A stretch of 37,724 bases of DNA from Candidatus Limnocylindrus sp. (GTDB lineage Bacteria; Chloroflexota; Limnocylindria; Limnocylindrales; Limnocylindraceae): contig JBIIRA010000001.1 of NCBI GenBank assembly GCA_044341795.1, forward strand, positions 1 through 37,724, written 5' to 3'. Shown piece after piece: positions 27,069 through 34,991 of the stretch (within the stretch, counting starts at the first letter, position 1; every line of letters begins with the position of its first letter). Both the position numbers and the translations under genes were made by a program. The notes under the pieces were generated by a model that saw only the letters and a program-made list of their open reading frames with translations, had not been told where the DNA came from and did no database searches.

Positions 27069-28868
27069 TTAGTTCGACGCGACGTCGAGCTCGTAGGCGT
27101 TCCAGAGTGGGCCCCAAGCCGCGTGCTGGGCGTACCCGCTCACGTTCTTCGACACCAGAACGATGTCGAGCCAGTAGTGCAGCGGAATCGTGACCACGTT
27201 CGTGGTCATGATGGTCTGCACTTCAGCCATGAGCGCATCCTGCTCGGCAACGTCGATCGAGGACTTGATGGCCTCGAGCTTCGCGTCAAGCTCTGGGATG
27301 TTCACGTACTGGTCGTTGCCGCCACCTTTCTCGTTGGTCTGTGTCGAGTGGTACGAGTCGTACCCGCTCGGCTCGACCGACGTGATGCCGAAGGCATGCA
27401 GCGCGAAGTCAAACGTGCCGTAGGCCAGGTTGCACTTCGTGCCGGCTGGCGCATCGGTGCGCTGAGCAAAGAGCACAGCGCTTCCAGGGACCGCGTCAAC
27501 AATGGCAGTGATGCCGATCTTCTTCAGGTCTGCTGCAAGCACCTGCAACTTTGCACCGCGGGTCGGCTTCGTCGTGGTGCACATGTCGAGGATTGCCTCG
27601 TCACGGTCACCGTCGCCGTCGACATCCTTGTCGACCGTTCCGTCCTTGTTCGTATCGCTCCAGCCGCCATCGGCCAAGATCTTTGCAGCCTTGGTCAGGT
27701 CATAGGCCTCCACTGCCTGCTCTTCGTAGAAGAAGAAGGCTGGGAGCTCCATGTTTGTTGCCTTGAAACCAACGCCACCCTCGATCTGCTCGAGGTAGCG
27801 GTCTCGATCGACTGCGGCCGAGACGGCTCGCCGGAGCTCAAGGTCAGAGGCTGGGCAACCACCACCGCGCGCTGCGCGATTTGGAAGCACGCCGTCTGGA
27901 TCGGCTTCGGCCGGAGCGCCGTCCGAGCAGATCGTCTTTGAGTGATTTGGACGCAGGAACTCAACCGTGAAGCTTGGGAACGGGCGCTGCGCGTCACCAA
28001 GGTCCTTGGTTGGGGCATACTGCGAACCGTCAAGGTCGGTGACCATGTCGAGCTCACCGGCACGGAACTTCGCAACGCAGGTCTCTGGCGAACCACAGAC
28101 TACGTACTTCACTCGTGCGAGCTTCGACTGGCTTCCGTTGCGAGGGTCCTTCCAGTATGGGTTTCGAACAACCACGGTTTCAACACCTGGGGTTCGGCTC
28201 TCATACTTGAACGCACCGCTCGTTGGAACGTTTGGCAGGTCCTTGGTGCGGTAGCCCGCGCCCAAGAGCATGTCGTTGGAGGTATCGGTGGCAGGGTTGC
28301 CGCCGACCACGGAACCAACAGTGAACTTGCTGAAGTAGTGCTTTGGCGCAAGCGATGGGCCGTACTTCAGGTTCTGGTAGAGCTCGGAGTAGTGCACGGT
28401 CATCGTTGAGCCGTTGCAGACAATCTCCTTGATCTCCTTGGTTCCGAGCTTTGACACGGCAGTGTTCTTCTCATCGAGAATCCACTCACGTGCGTACTGG
28501 AAGTCGGCGCAGGTGAGATCAACACCATCGGACCACTTCCAGGAGCGGAGCTTCCAGGTAACGGTGGCGGCTGCGCCGTCAACGCCTGGAACCTGAATGC
28601 CGCCGTTCTCCTTCGTAGGAATCTCGGTGGCCATCCAAGGCTCGAGCTCAAGCTTGTCATTGAGGCGGAGCAGACCGTCGCTGGTCATGCCGATGACGTT
28701 GCTTGACATCACCGTGCTGTAGTAGAAGGGGTTAAGGCTGTCGACGTCCTGATAGTCACCGATGAGCAACGATGCTCCGGTAACCGTCGAACCGGTCGAA
28801 CCGCCGCATGCCCCAGCGACCATTGCGGCAGCGACCGCAAAGGTTGCGAGTAGCGACCTCTTTCGCAT
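27069..28868 (-). CDS. Peptide/nickel ABC transporter substrate-binding lipoprotein (family 5, OppA/DppA-like)
   Basis: The ATG at 28868 has AGGAGG 7 nt upstream. The lipoprotein signal 'MRKRSLLATFAVAAAMVAGAC' contains a lipobox-like Cys. The protein is ~600 aa, which is typical for SBP family 5. It is the first gene of the five-gene operon. Confidence 0.9.
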   Translation of the reverse strand: MRKRSLLATFAVAAAMVAGACGGSTGSTVTGASLLIGDYQDVDSLNPFYYSTVMSSNVIGMTSDGLLRLNDKLELEPWMATEIPTKENGGIQVPGVDGAAATVTWKLRSWKWSDGVDLTCADFQYAREWILDEKNTAVSKLGTKEIKEIVCNGSTMTVHYSELYQNLKYGPSLAPKHYFSKFTVGSVVGGNPATDTSNDMLLGAGYRTKDLPNVPTSGAFKYESRTPGVETVVVRNPYWKDPRNGSQSKLARVKYVVCGSPETCVAKFRAGELDMVTDLDGSQYAPTKDLGDAQRPFPSFTVEFLRPNHSKTICSDGAPAEADPDGVLPNRAARGGGCPASDLELRRAVSAAVDRDRYLEQIEGGVGFKATNMELPAFFFYEEQAVEAYDLTKAAKILADGGWSDTNKDGTVDKDVDGDGDRDEAILDMCTTTKPTRGAKLQVLAADLKKIGITAIVDAVPGSAVLFAQRTDAPAGTKCNLAYGTFDFALHAFGITSVEPSGYDSYHSTQTNEKGGGNDQYVNIPELDAKLEAIKSSIDVAEQDALMAEVQTIMTTNVVTIPLHYWLDIVLVSKNVSGYAQHAAWGPLWNAYELDVASN

Positions 28869-29011
28869 GTGTTTCCTCCTTATCGGCTGGCCCAACAGGG
28901 CCGCCTTCAGACTTGAAGCGCGATCTGCGCTTGGCGGAATCCTATCCGATGGAGCACGCGCATTACCAGTAGGTAAGCGCAGGGTGGAGCGTGACGGGGG
29001 GAGGGCGATTG

Positions 29012-29668
29012 TTACGGCTGCAGGCGGCGGGTCTCCCAGGGGCCTTCGGGGGTGGATCGGCGGTACTCAAAGCGGTCGTGGAGGCGGTACTCGCCCCCTT
29101 GCCAGAACTCCCACTGTGCAGGGGTGACGCGGTAGCCGCCCCAGTGGGGCGGGAGGCTCGGCAGCGCCTCGGGGGTGGGGGCGTGGCTGGCGGTCGCCGC
29201 GCTCAAGGCGGCTTCGAGTGCAGCACGATCGGCGATCGGCTCCCCCTGGGCGCTCGCCCATGCGCCGAGCTGGCTCTCACGTGGGCGGCTGGCAAAGTAG
29301 GCGGCCGATTCCGCCTCCGAGAGACGGGCCACCGAACCGGAGAGGCGCACCTGTCGCTCCAGGGTCGGCCACCAGAGGGTGAGGGCGGCCGTCGGCCTGG
29401 CCGCTAGGTCGCGACCCTTTCGGCTCTCGTGGTTCGTATAGAAGTCGACCCCCTCGGGGCCGATGCCGCGGATCAAAATCATGCGAACGCTCGGGTTCCC
29501 TGCGCCGTCGGCCGTGGCGAGAGCGGCGGCGAGGGGCTCAGGGACCTGCGCGGCAATGGCCTCGTTGACCCAACGGCGGAACTGGTCGATCGGATCAGGG
29601 AGGAGGTCGTTGGTGTCGAGACGCCCGCGCAGATAGTTTGATCGATCGCCGAGCGGCTGACTGCCCAT
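29012..29668 (-). CDS. pdxH: Pyridoxamine 5'-phosphate oxidase
   Basis: 'LTLWWPTLERQVRLSG', 'YFASRPRESQLGAWAS' and the C-terminal 'WGGYRVTPAQWEFWQGGEYRLHDRFEYRR' are classic PdxH signatures. The start lies 5 nt after the upstream stop. Confidence 0.9.
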   Translation of the reverse strand: MGSQPLGDRSNYLRGRLDTNDLLPDPIDQFRRWVNEAIAAQVPEPLAAALATADGAGNPSVRMILIRGIGPEGVDFYTNHESRKGRDLAARPTAALTLWWPTLERQVRLSGSVARLSEAESAAYFASRPRESQLGAWASAQGEPIADRAALEAALSAATASHAPTPEALPSLPPHWGGYRVTPAQWEFWQGGEYRLHDRFEYRRSTPEGPWETRRLQP

Positions 29669-29673
29669 GCGCG

Positions 29674-30366
29674 TTAGGCGAGCCCGGCCGGCGCCTCAAG
29701 TCGCGACTTAAGGTCGCCGAGGAAGGCGGCGACCAGCGCACCGTCAACGGCACGATGGTCGGCGGAGAGTGTTGCTGTCAGCATCGTGCGCGCCACCACA
29801 GCGCCGTCGCGCACCACGGCGCGCGACTCGCTGCGCCCCGTCGCCAAGATCGCCACCTGCGGCGGCGTGACGATGGCGGTGAACTGCGTCACCGGGAACG
29901 AACCGAGGTTCGAAAGGGTGAAGGTCTGCTCGGTGAATTCTGCAGGACGTAGCTTGCCGATCTTGGTGCGCGCAATGAGGTCACGCAGCTCGGTGGAGAT
30001 GGTGGCGAGATCTTTTGATGCGCAATCAAGGAGTGCGGGCGCAACCAGGCCGTCGGGAATCGCAATTGCGATGCCGATGTTGATCGGCGTGGAGCGCTCA
30101 AGCGCCTCGCCCTCCCACACCGCGTTGAGTGCGGGGTAGGCGCCAAGCGATTGCGCGAGTGCGCGCACCAACCAGGCGGTGAGGGTGACACGATCGTCAC
30201 CGGTACGGCCAGTGTTTAGGGCTTCGTTGGCGGCAACGACCGCATCCATCTCAATGTCCGTTGAGACATAGAAGTGTGGCGCCTTTGATTTGGATTCCAC
30301 CATGCGACGGCTGATCGCCGTGCGCATTGGCGTGAACTCGACGGGCGTTCGCCCTGGCTTCGGCAT
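29674..30366 (-). CDS. 2-oxoacid dehydrogenase E2 acyltransferase, catalytic domain only
   Basis: The 230-aa protein begins right at the catalytic-domain boundary ('VEFTPMRTAISRRMVESKSKAPHFYVS'). The active-site motif is 'SADHRAVDGALVAAFL' (DHRxxDG). No lipoyl domain or subunit-binding domain is present in this ORF. Confidence 0.8.
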   Translation of the reverse strand: MPKPGRTPVEFTPMRTAISRRMVESKSKAPHFYVSTDIEMDAVVAANEALNTGRTGDDRVTLTAWLVRALAQSLGAYPALNAVWEGEALERSTPINIGIAIAIPDGLVAPALLDCASKDLATISTELRDLIARTKIGKLRPAEFTEQTFTLSNLGSFPVTQFTAIVTPPQVAILATGRSESRAVVRDGAVVARTMLTATLSADHRAVDGALVAAFLGDLKSRLEAPAGLA

Positions 30367-30379
30367 GCGCGAGTGCGGC

Positions 30380-30622
30380 TTACTTGCCGTCTTCGACGTA
30401 GGCGATCACGGCACCGACTGCGACTTCGGCGCCTGCGGCGTGCACGATCTCCACAAGGGTTCCAGCCACAGGGGCTTCGAACTCGACGGTGGCCTTCTCG
30501 GTCTCGAGCTCGCCGATTGGCTGACCTGCAGTCACGGTGTCGCCGACCTTCGCCGTCCAGGCGCCGATCTTGCCGACCTCGCTGTCGTAGCCGAGTCGAG
30601 GCATCTCTACTGGTACGCGCAT
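30380..30622 (-). CDS. Stand-alone lipoyl-attachment domain protein
   Basis: The protein is 80 aa from the ATG at 30622, with AAGGAGGG 6 nt upstream. 'VEMPRLGYDSEVGKIGAWTAKVGDTVTAGQPIGELETEKATVEFEAPVAGTLVEI' is a canonical lipoyl domain with the lipoyl-Lys at K43. It ends with a clean TAA 13 nt before the E2 catalytic ORF, which is in a different frame. Confidence 0.8.
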   Translation of the reverse strand: MRVPVEMPRLGYDSEVGKIGAWTAKVGDTVTAGQPIGELETEKATVEFEAPVAGTLVEIVHAAGAEVAVGAVIAYVEDGK

Positions 30623-30709
30623 CGCTTCCCTCCTTCGGCGGGCCACGGGCGGCTCGCACGCTCTTGCCCCCCCACGAGGGGTGGCGTTGGGGTCAGTGTA
30701 GCCCCGCGC

Positions 30710-32023
30710 CTAGCGCTGTGACTCGAAGGCTGGCTCCGCGGGCATCTCTTCGCCGTGATGGATGCGCGTCGCCGTATTCCAGTCGTCGCCAACGTCGGCG
30801 GTCGCCGCCGCCACGAGGCGGAAGGCCCCCGTCACGATGAAGATGCCGACATAGGTGGGGTAGGCGACGGGGAGCAGGGCCAGCACAACCACGCCCGCCA
30901 GCTGGCCAACGGCGAGCGCCCCCGCGGTGGTGGCACCGTACGCCGACTGCGCGCGAATCGATTCACCAGGAGCGGCGAGTCGGAGCACGCGCTCCTGTGC
31001 TGAGAGCATGCCTGCGGCGAAGCCGACGGTGATGACCACGATGACGACGAGCAGTACCAGCGGTGCATACGGATTCCATGGACCGGCGAACGCCGATGAG
31101 GCCATCCCTACGCCGCGGACTACGAGGGAGATGCGATAGAGGCGACTCGCCGAGCCGCGCTCCAACCAGTTGCCAATAAGGATCGCGCCCACGAGTGCAG
31201 CTGCGGAACCGATCGCGGCCATAAGGATGGCGTACGCCGCATCTTGTTTCAGCACGACGATCGCGTACACCGAGAGATATGGTGCGAATCCGGCGCCAAG
31301 GGCCGAGATGATGTTGGTGCGAAGGAAGCGGCGCACTGGTGTGGAGAGTGGACCAGAGCTTGCGGCGCGACCCGCCGATACCGCGCCAGGTCGTGGCAGC
31401 CCCCGCAGTGCGCGCAAGAAGAAGAGGCTGGCGATCAGGCCGCCAACGAATGCGGGCGCGTAGATGAGGACGCCCCAGTCTTGTTCGCCAACGCGAACGA
31501 GGAGTGCCACGGGCACAAGCAGCACCGAGCCGAGTCCGAATTGAATGGCGAGGGCACGCGGGGCAACGAAGCGACGCTCGCGCTCGGGGAGGATGCGGCC
31601 AAACCAGGTCTGCACGTTGGCCCCGGCGATCGCCTGGGCCGTTGCGCCAACGCCGAATCCGATCGCGATCAGTCCGATGCCAGCGAGGGGTGGAAGGAGG
31701 CCAGCGGCAATCGCCACCACGACGGCGATATAGAGGATGGGGCGCAGCAGTGCAGCCGCGCCGATCAGCAGGGTGAGCCGTCGGAGGTCACCGCCGTTCC
31801 GGCGAAGCGCGGCAGGCATGAGGCCCTGCAAGATGCCGCCGACGAAGGGGAAGAGGCCGACCAGCGTCGCCAGTGCTGGTGATGCACCGAGGGTGGTGAT
31901 GAGCGGGATTGAGAGACTGTCGCCGTTCAGGGCGACGGCGATGGCGTCGGAGATGGCGAGCGTGCGGAAGGCGGCGTAGCGGCCGGTGAGGAAGCGCCGC
32001 CAGTCGGCGATCGCCTTACTCAC
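30710..32023 (-). CDS. 12-TM MFS-like membrane protein, unknown substrate
   Basis: The 437-aa protein has about 12 hydrophobic helices arranged 6+6 around a central basic loop ('RALRGLPRPGAVSAGRAASSGP'). The GTG start overlaps the stop of the upstream 430-aa gene (GTGA). Confidence 0.65.
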   Translation of the reverse strand: MSKAIADWRRFLTGRYAAFRTLAISDAIAVALNGDSLSIPLITTLGASPALATLVGLFPFVGGILQGLMPAALRRNGGDLRRLTLLIGAAALLRPILYIAVVVAIAAGLLPPLAGIGLIAIGFGVGATAQAIAGANVQTWFGRILPERERRFVAPRALAIQFGLGSVLLVPVALLVRVGEQDWGVLIYAPAFVGGLIASLFFLRALRGLPRPGAVSAGRAASSGPLSTPVRRFLRTNIISALGAGFAPYLSVYAIVVLKQDAAYAILMAAIGSAAALVGAILIGNWLERGSASRLYRISLVVRGVGMASSAFAGPWNPYAPLVLLVVIVVITVGFAAGMLSAQERVLRLAAPGESIRAQSAYGATTAGALAVGQLAGVVVLALLPVAYPTYVGIFIVTGAFRLVAAATADVGDDWNTATRIHHGEEMPAEPAFESQR

Positions 32024-33312
32024 CGCCCTTGAGCGGCGGAGGTGCTCGCTCGAACCTGCTCCTCAATTCGATCGATCTCGGTGACGATTGCGGCGCGGAG
32101 GGCGTCGAGTTCGTCGCGCGCCTTCTCGGTCGTGGAGTCGATCGCGGTGAGGGTCTTCTTGATCTCCTTGACCGAGTCCAACCGGCTGCGCAGCGCGTCA
32201 ATGGCGTCTTTCACCGCTGAGAGGTCGGCGCCGCTCCCCTCCGACTTGGCGCGGATCAGCGCCGAGATGCGCGCGAGTCGGTACCCAGCTTCGAGAATTG
32301 CAACATCGGGAGCCTCAGGGTCAACCACGCAGTAAACGCCGTTACGACTCATCTTGAATGGCGAGGCACCCGCTGGTGCCGCCGCTTCGCTGAAGACCAT
32401 GAGGGCGATCTCCGCCTTACGATTCTCCCGCGCCTCAGCGAGCTCCTTCTCGATGGCTGGCCCAGTCATGGCCTTGTCTTTGACTTCAACGACGATGCGC
32501 AGCACCGCGGCGGAGGCATCACGGCCATTGATCGTGATGACCGCGTCGCCCTTCTTTGAATCAGGGATGGAGCCAGCAACGCCGCCCGTCCCTTCAATCT
32601 CGTCGTTGGTGGCGCGGAGTAGTTCTGTGTACTCGGCAATAACGCGCGACTCAAAGTCGGCGCCCTTCGCCGTCCCCTTCTTCCGTTCGCCTTTCGCCGC
32701 CTTCTGCGACGCATCAAGCTCAACGATCTTCAGCAACACATCATCAAAGCGCTTGGCGATCTCGGCGCGAAAGCCGCTCAGTGGCGACGCCTCGCGCGTT
32801 GGGTCCAGCAGGTGGGCAAGCTTGCTGGCATCACCATCAAAGTAAGTGCCAAGAATGGTGTTGAGTTTGCCGAGCGCTGAGTCACGACGATTCTCGTCGA
32901 AGAGGTCCTTCGTAAAGAGGGCGAGCTCACCCTTGTCGCCGAGGAAGCGCTCTAGGGTCGCAGGCAGCACACCACCCTCGTTGGCGAAGGTCTTGCGCAG
33001 GATCTCTTCGACCTCAGCGGTCGCCTTCTTGTTTGATTCGCCGGCGTCGGTGAGCAACTTGTCAAAGGCACGACGCACGTGGTCCACATCAATGGAGCCA
33101 CTCGCGCTCTGCAGCGCCATCAAGCCAACACGCATCGCGCGCTCGACTGTTTCGGCACGATCCTCGGGGGTGCGGCTTTCGAGGAAGCCGGCGAGGGCGC
33201 GATCGACCACCTCGAGGGAGGCGATGCGAATACGGTCGCCAACGATCTCAACCTGCGTCGGCTTATTCGCCGAACTGATCGGCACGATCTCAGGAACGCG
33301 CTCACCGCTCAT
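32020..33312 (-). CDS. Hypothetical protein with PD-(D/E)xK nuclease-like core flanked by helical/coiled-coil regions
   Basis: The 430-aa protein is soluble. Residues ~216-308 read 'KGADFESRVIAEYTELL...KKGDAVITI...LRIVVEVKDK...AEIALMVFSE'. This gives E221, D256 and E276-x-K278 in the order and spacing of restriction-endonuclease-fold cores (Mrr-cat / RmuC / DUF2130-type). The last ~70 aa have heptad-like coiled-coil character. The ATG follows the upstream stop with no gap (TAGATG). Confidence 0.6.
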   Translation of the reverse strand: MSGERVPEIVPISSANKPTQVEIVGDRIRIASLEVVDRALAGFLESRTPEDRAETVERAMRVGLMALQSASGSIDVDHVRRAFDKLLTDAGESNKKATAEVEEILRKTFANEGGVLPATLERFLGDKGELALFTKDLFDENRRDSALGKLNTILGTYFDGDASKLAHLLDPTREASPLSGFRAEIAKRFDDVLLKIVELDASQKAAKGERKKGTAKGADFESRVIAEYTELLRATNDEIEGTGGVAGSIPDSKKGDAVITINGRDASAAVLRIVVEVKDKAMTGPAIEKELAEARENRKAEIALMVFSEAAAPAGASPFKMSRNGVYCVVDPEAPDVAILEAGYRLARISALIRAKSEGSGADLSAVKDAIDALRSRLDSVKEIKKTLTAIDSTTEKARDELDALRAAIVTEIDRIEEQVRASTSAAQGR

Positions 33313-33588
33313 CTATCGGAGGGCAATCAGGCCGCAGCCATCACAGAGGGCCACGATGGCGCGCTTCTCGCGGGCGTAGCCCGCGGTGTGGAGCACGCCA
33401 GGGCAGCCGACCGTGCGGCAGCGCCAGGCCCACGCCTCGTCGCCATCGGCACCGTCATAGGGGAGCGCCTCGGCGCTGAGTTTCTCGGCGAGCCCTTCAC
33501 GGGCGCCCAGCGTCACCGCAATCGCAGCGGCACGCTCTGCCTCACTCTCGCGCTTGTAGGGGTACGACTGTGCGACGTTGGTTGGCAT
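33313..33588 (-). CDS. Small zinc-ribbon protein (hypothetical)
   Basis: The 91-aa protein contains 'CRTVGC...H...(22)...CDGC', a four-ligand Zn-ribbon-like arrangement. There is no Shine-Dalgarno sequence. A TATACT hexamer lies 6 nt upstream of the ATG, which suggests a leaderless mRNA. Third-codon positions are GC-rich in this frame. Confidence 0.55.
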   Translation of the reverse strand: MPTNVAQSYPYKRESEAERAAAIAVTLGAREGLAEKLSAEALPYDGADGDEAWAWRCRTVGCPGVLHTAGYAREKRAIVALCDGCGLIALR

Positions 33589-33594
33589 GGGCTG

Positions 33595-33600
33595 AGTATA
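33595..33600 (-). promoter_or_regulatory. Putative -10 hexamer (TATACT) for a leaderless transcript of the Zn-ribbon gene
   Basis: The minus strand reads TATACT-cagccc-ATG, so the hexamer ends 6 nt before the start codon. That would place the transcription start at or next to the A of the ATG. No Shine-Dalgarno sequence is present. Confidence 0.3.
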
Positions 33601-33624
33601 CCGACCGCCGCAGGCGGGAACCCG

Positions 33625-33630
33625 TATGCT
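33625..33630 (+). promoter_or_regulatory. Putative -10 hexamer (TATGCT) for the divergent MFS gene
   Basis: The plus strand reads TATGCT-gcatgg-GTG, where GTG at 33637 is in frame with the MFS ORF. This is the same 6-nt geometry as on the opposite strand. Confidence 0.25.
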
Positions 33631-33648
33631 GCATGGGTGACTGGATCA

Positions 33649-34920
33649 ATGAAGGCCCTGCTCCTCGGTACCCTGACGTTGCGAACCGCAACGGGGACCA
33701 CGGGCGCGCTGCTGATCGTCTGGAACAAGTACCTGAACTCAACTGGTTCCGTGACCATTACCCCGGTAGACCTTGCAACGATCACGCTTGCCTTCTATGT
33801 GACTGAGCTGATCGGCTCGCCGATCTTCGGCATCATTGCCGACCGCATCGGGCGAAAGCCGGTCATGTTGCTCGGGCCACTCTTCGGCCTCGCGGCGGTG
33901 ATCATGACGCCGTTCTCCATGACGATTCCGCTCCTGATCGGCACGCGACTCCTTGAAGGGGCCTCAACGGCGGCGAGCGTTCCTTCAATTCTTTCGTACG
34001 TGGCAGCGAAGACGAGTCATGACGCCAAACTCCGCGGCCGTGTCGTCACCCTCTTCGAAGTGGCAACACTCGGCGGACTCCTCGTTGCGGGAACCGCGCT
34101 GGCCGGCCCACTCTGGGCGATCTTCGGCCCAGCGGCCTTCGCCGTGAATGGTGCGATCTACGTGATCGCACTGCTCTTCTTCGCGTATGGCGTGAAAGAT
34201 GAACATTCCGCACCCCCTCCCCACACCGAGAATCGCCTGCGCAAGTACGTGAAGCTCTTCAGCCAACGCGGAATCCTGCTCTTTGTCCCTACCTGGGTCT
34301 CGATCAACGCCATCATCGGCGTCTGGGTGCCGCAAGGGCTCAACCTGCTGCTCGGTGACGAGACGGTGAATCTCTCTGGTCAGTTCCTGCTGAGTGGGTT
34401 CCCGTTTGTCGTCGTCACCTCAGCCTTCGCCTTCGTTGCGCTGATCGGCGGCGTCGGGCTCTTCTTCTGGGGGAACCGCTTTGCCAACTTCCGCCGCACC
34501 ACCATGCTTCTGCTCGGCCTGATCGCCTTCATCGTGGCGATGGCCGCCATCTTCATCATCAATCGCCTCTCCGGGAACGAACTGCCGTTGATTGCACTCC
34601 TCTTCGTCGTACTCTGCGGCTCGATGTTCTTCATCGCGGGAGCAACGCCAGCGGCGCTCGGCTTCTTGGCCGATGTCTCCGAGCGGTATCACACGGATCG
34701 CAGCGCAGTGATGGGCCTCTACTCCATCTTCCTCGGCCTCGGCCAGGTGATTGGCGTGAAGCTTGCAGGCGATCTGGCGGCCACCTTTGGAGTCGACGGC
34801 TTGGTCTACGCCACGCTCGGATTCCTCGTGGTGGCGGGCACGTTCCTGCTCATTCTGCGCCGAGTCGAGCACGAAATCCTGCTCCCAAGCGCTCCCGGGC
34901 AACACCGCGCGCACGGCTGA
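33649..34920 (+). CDS. MFS transporter
   Basis: MFS motif A is 'GIIADRIGRKPVMLLG', and the protein has 12 TM helices. The ATG at 33649 ('MKALLLG') is used here, with the in-frame GTG at 33637 as an alternative. The track ORF start at 33079 is antisense to the Zn-ribbon and nuclease-like genes. Confidence 0.8.
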   Translation: MKALLLGTLTLRTATGTTGALLIVWNKYLNSTGSVTITPVDLATITLAFYVTELIGSPIFGIIADRIGRKPVMLLGPLFGLAAVIMTPFSMTIPLLIGTRLLEGASTAASVPSILSYVAAKTSHDAKLRGRVVTLFEVATLGGLLVAGTALAGPLWAIFGPAAFAVNGAIYVIALLFFAYGVKDEHSAPPPHTENRLRKYVKLFSQRGILLFVPTWVSINAIIGVWVPQGLNLLLGDETVNLSGQFLLSGFPFVVVTSAFAFVALIGGVGLFFWGNRFANFRRTTMLLLGLIAFIVAMAAIFIINRLSGNELPLIALLFVVLCGSMFFIAGATPAALGFLADVSERYHTDRSAVMGLYSIFLGLGQVIGVKLAGDLAATFGVDGLVYATLGFLVVAGTFLLILRRVEHEILLPSAPGQHRAHG

Positions 34921-34991
34921 CCTGCGCCGATAGAATCTAGGAGACGTGAGGGCGGTTCGCCCGAACGCATCTATCGGAGGGGGGAGACACC

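Noticed and set aside
27123-27941. 272-aa ORF on the plus strand
   Set aside because: It is antisense to the family-5 substrate-binding protein gene of the peptide ABC operon. Its composition is shadow-frame (Arg/Val/Leu/His-rich).
30367-30379. Simple sequencing frameshift as the explanation for the split E2
   Set aside because: This is not fully excluded, but a single indel cannot account for the arrangement. The two ORFs are 13 nt apart and end and begin exactly at domain boundaries. The entire linker plus subunit-binding domain (over 150 nt) is missing, and the lipoyl ORF has its own strong Shine-Dalgarno sequence. I therefore report it as a finding rather than a pseudogene.
33079-33648. 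190-codon N-terminal extension of the MFS ORF (33079 start)
   Set aside because: It is antisense to the Zn-ribbon gene and to the 5' part of the nuclease-like gene. The MFS fold and motif A begin only after the ATG at 33649 or the GTG at 33637.
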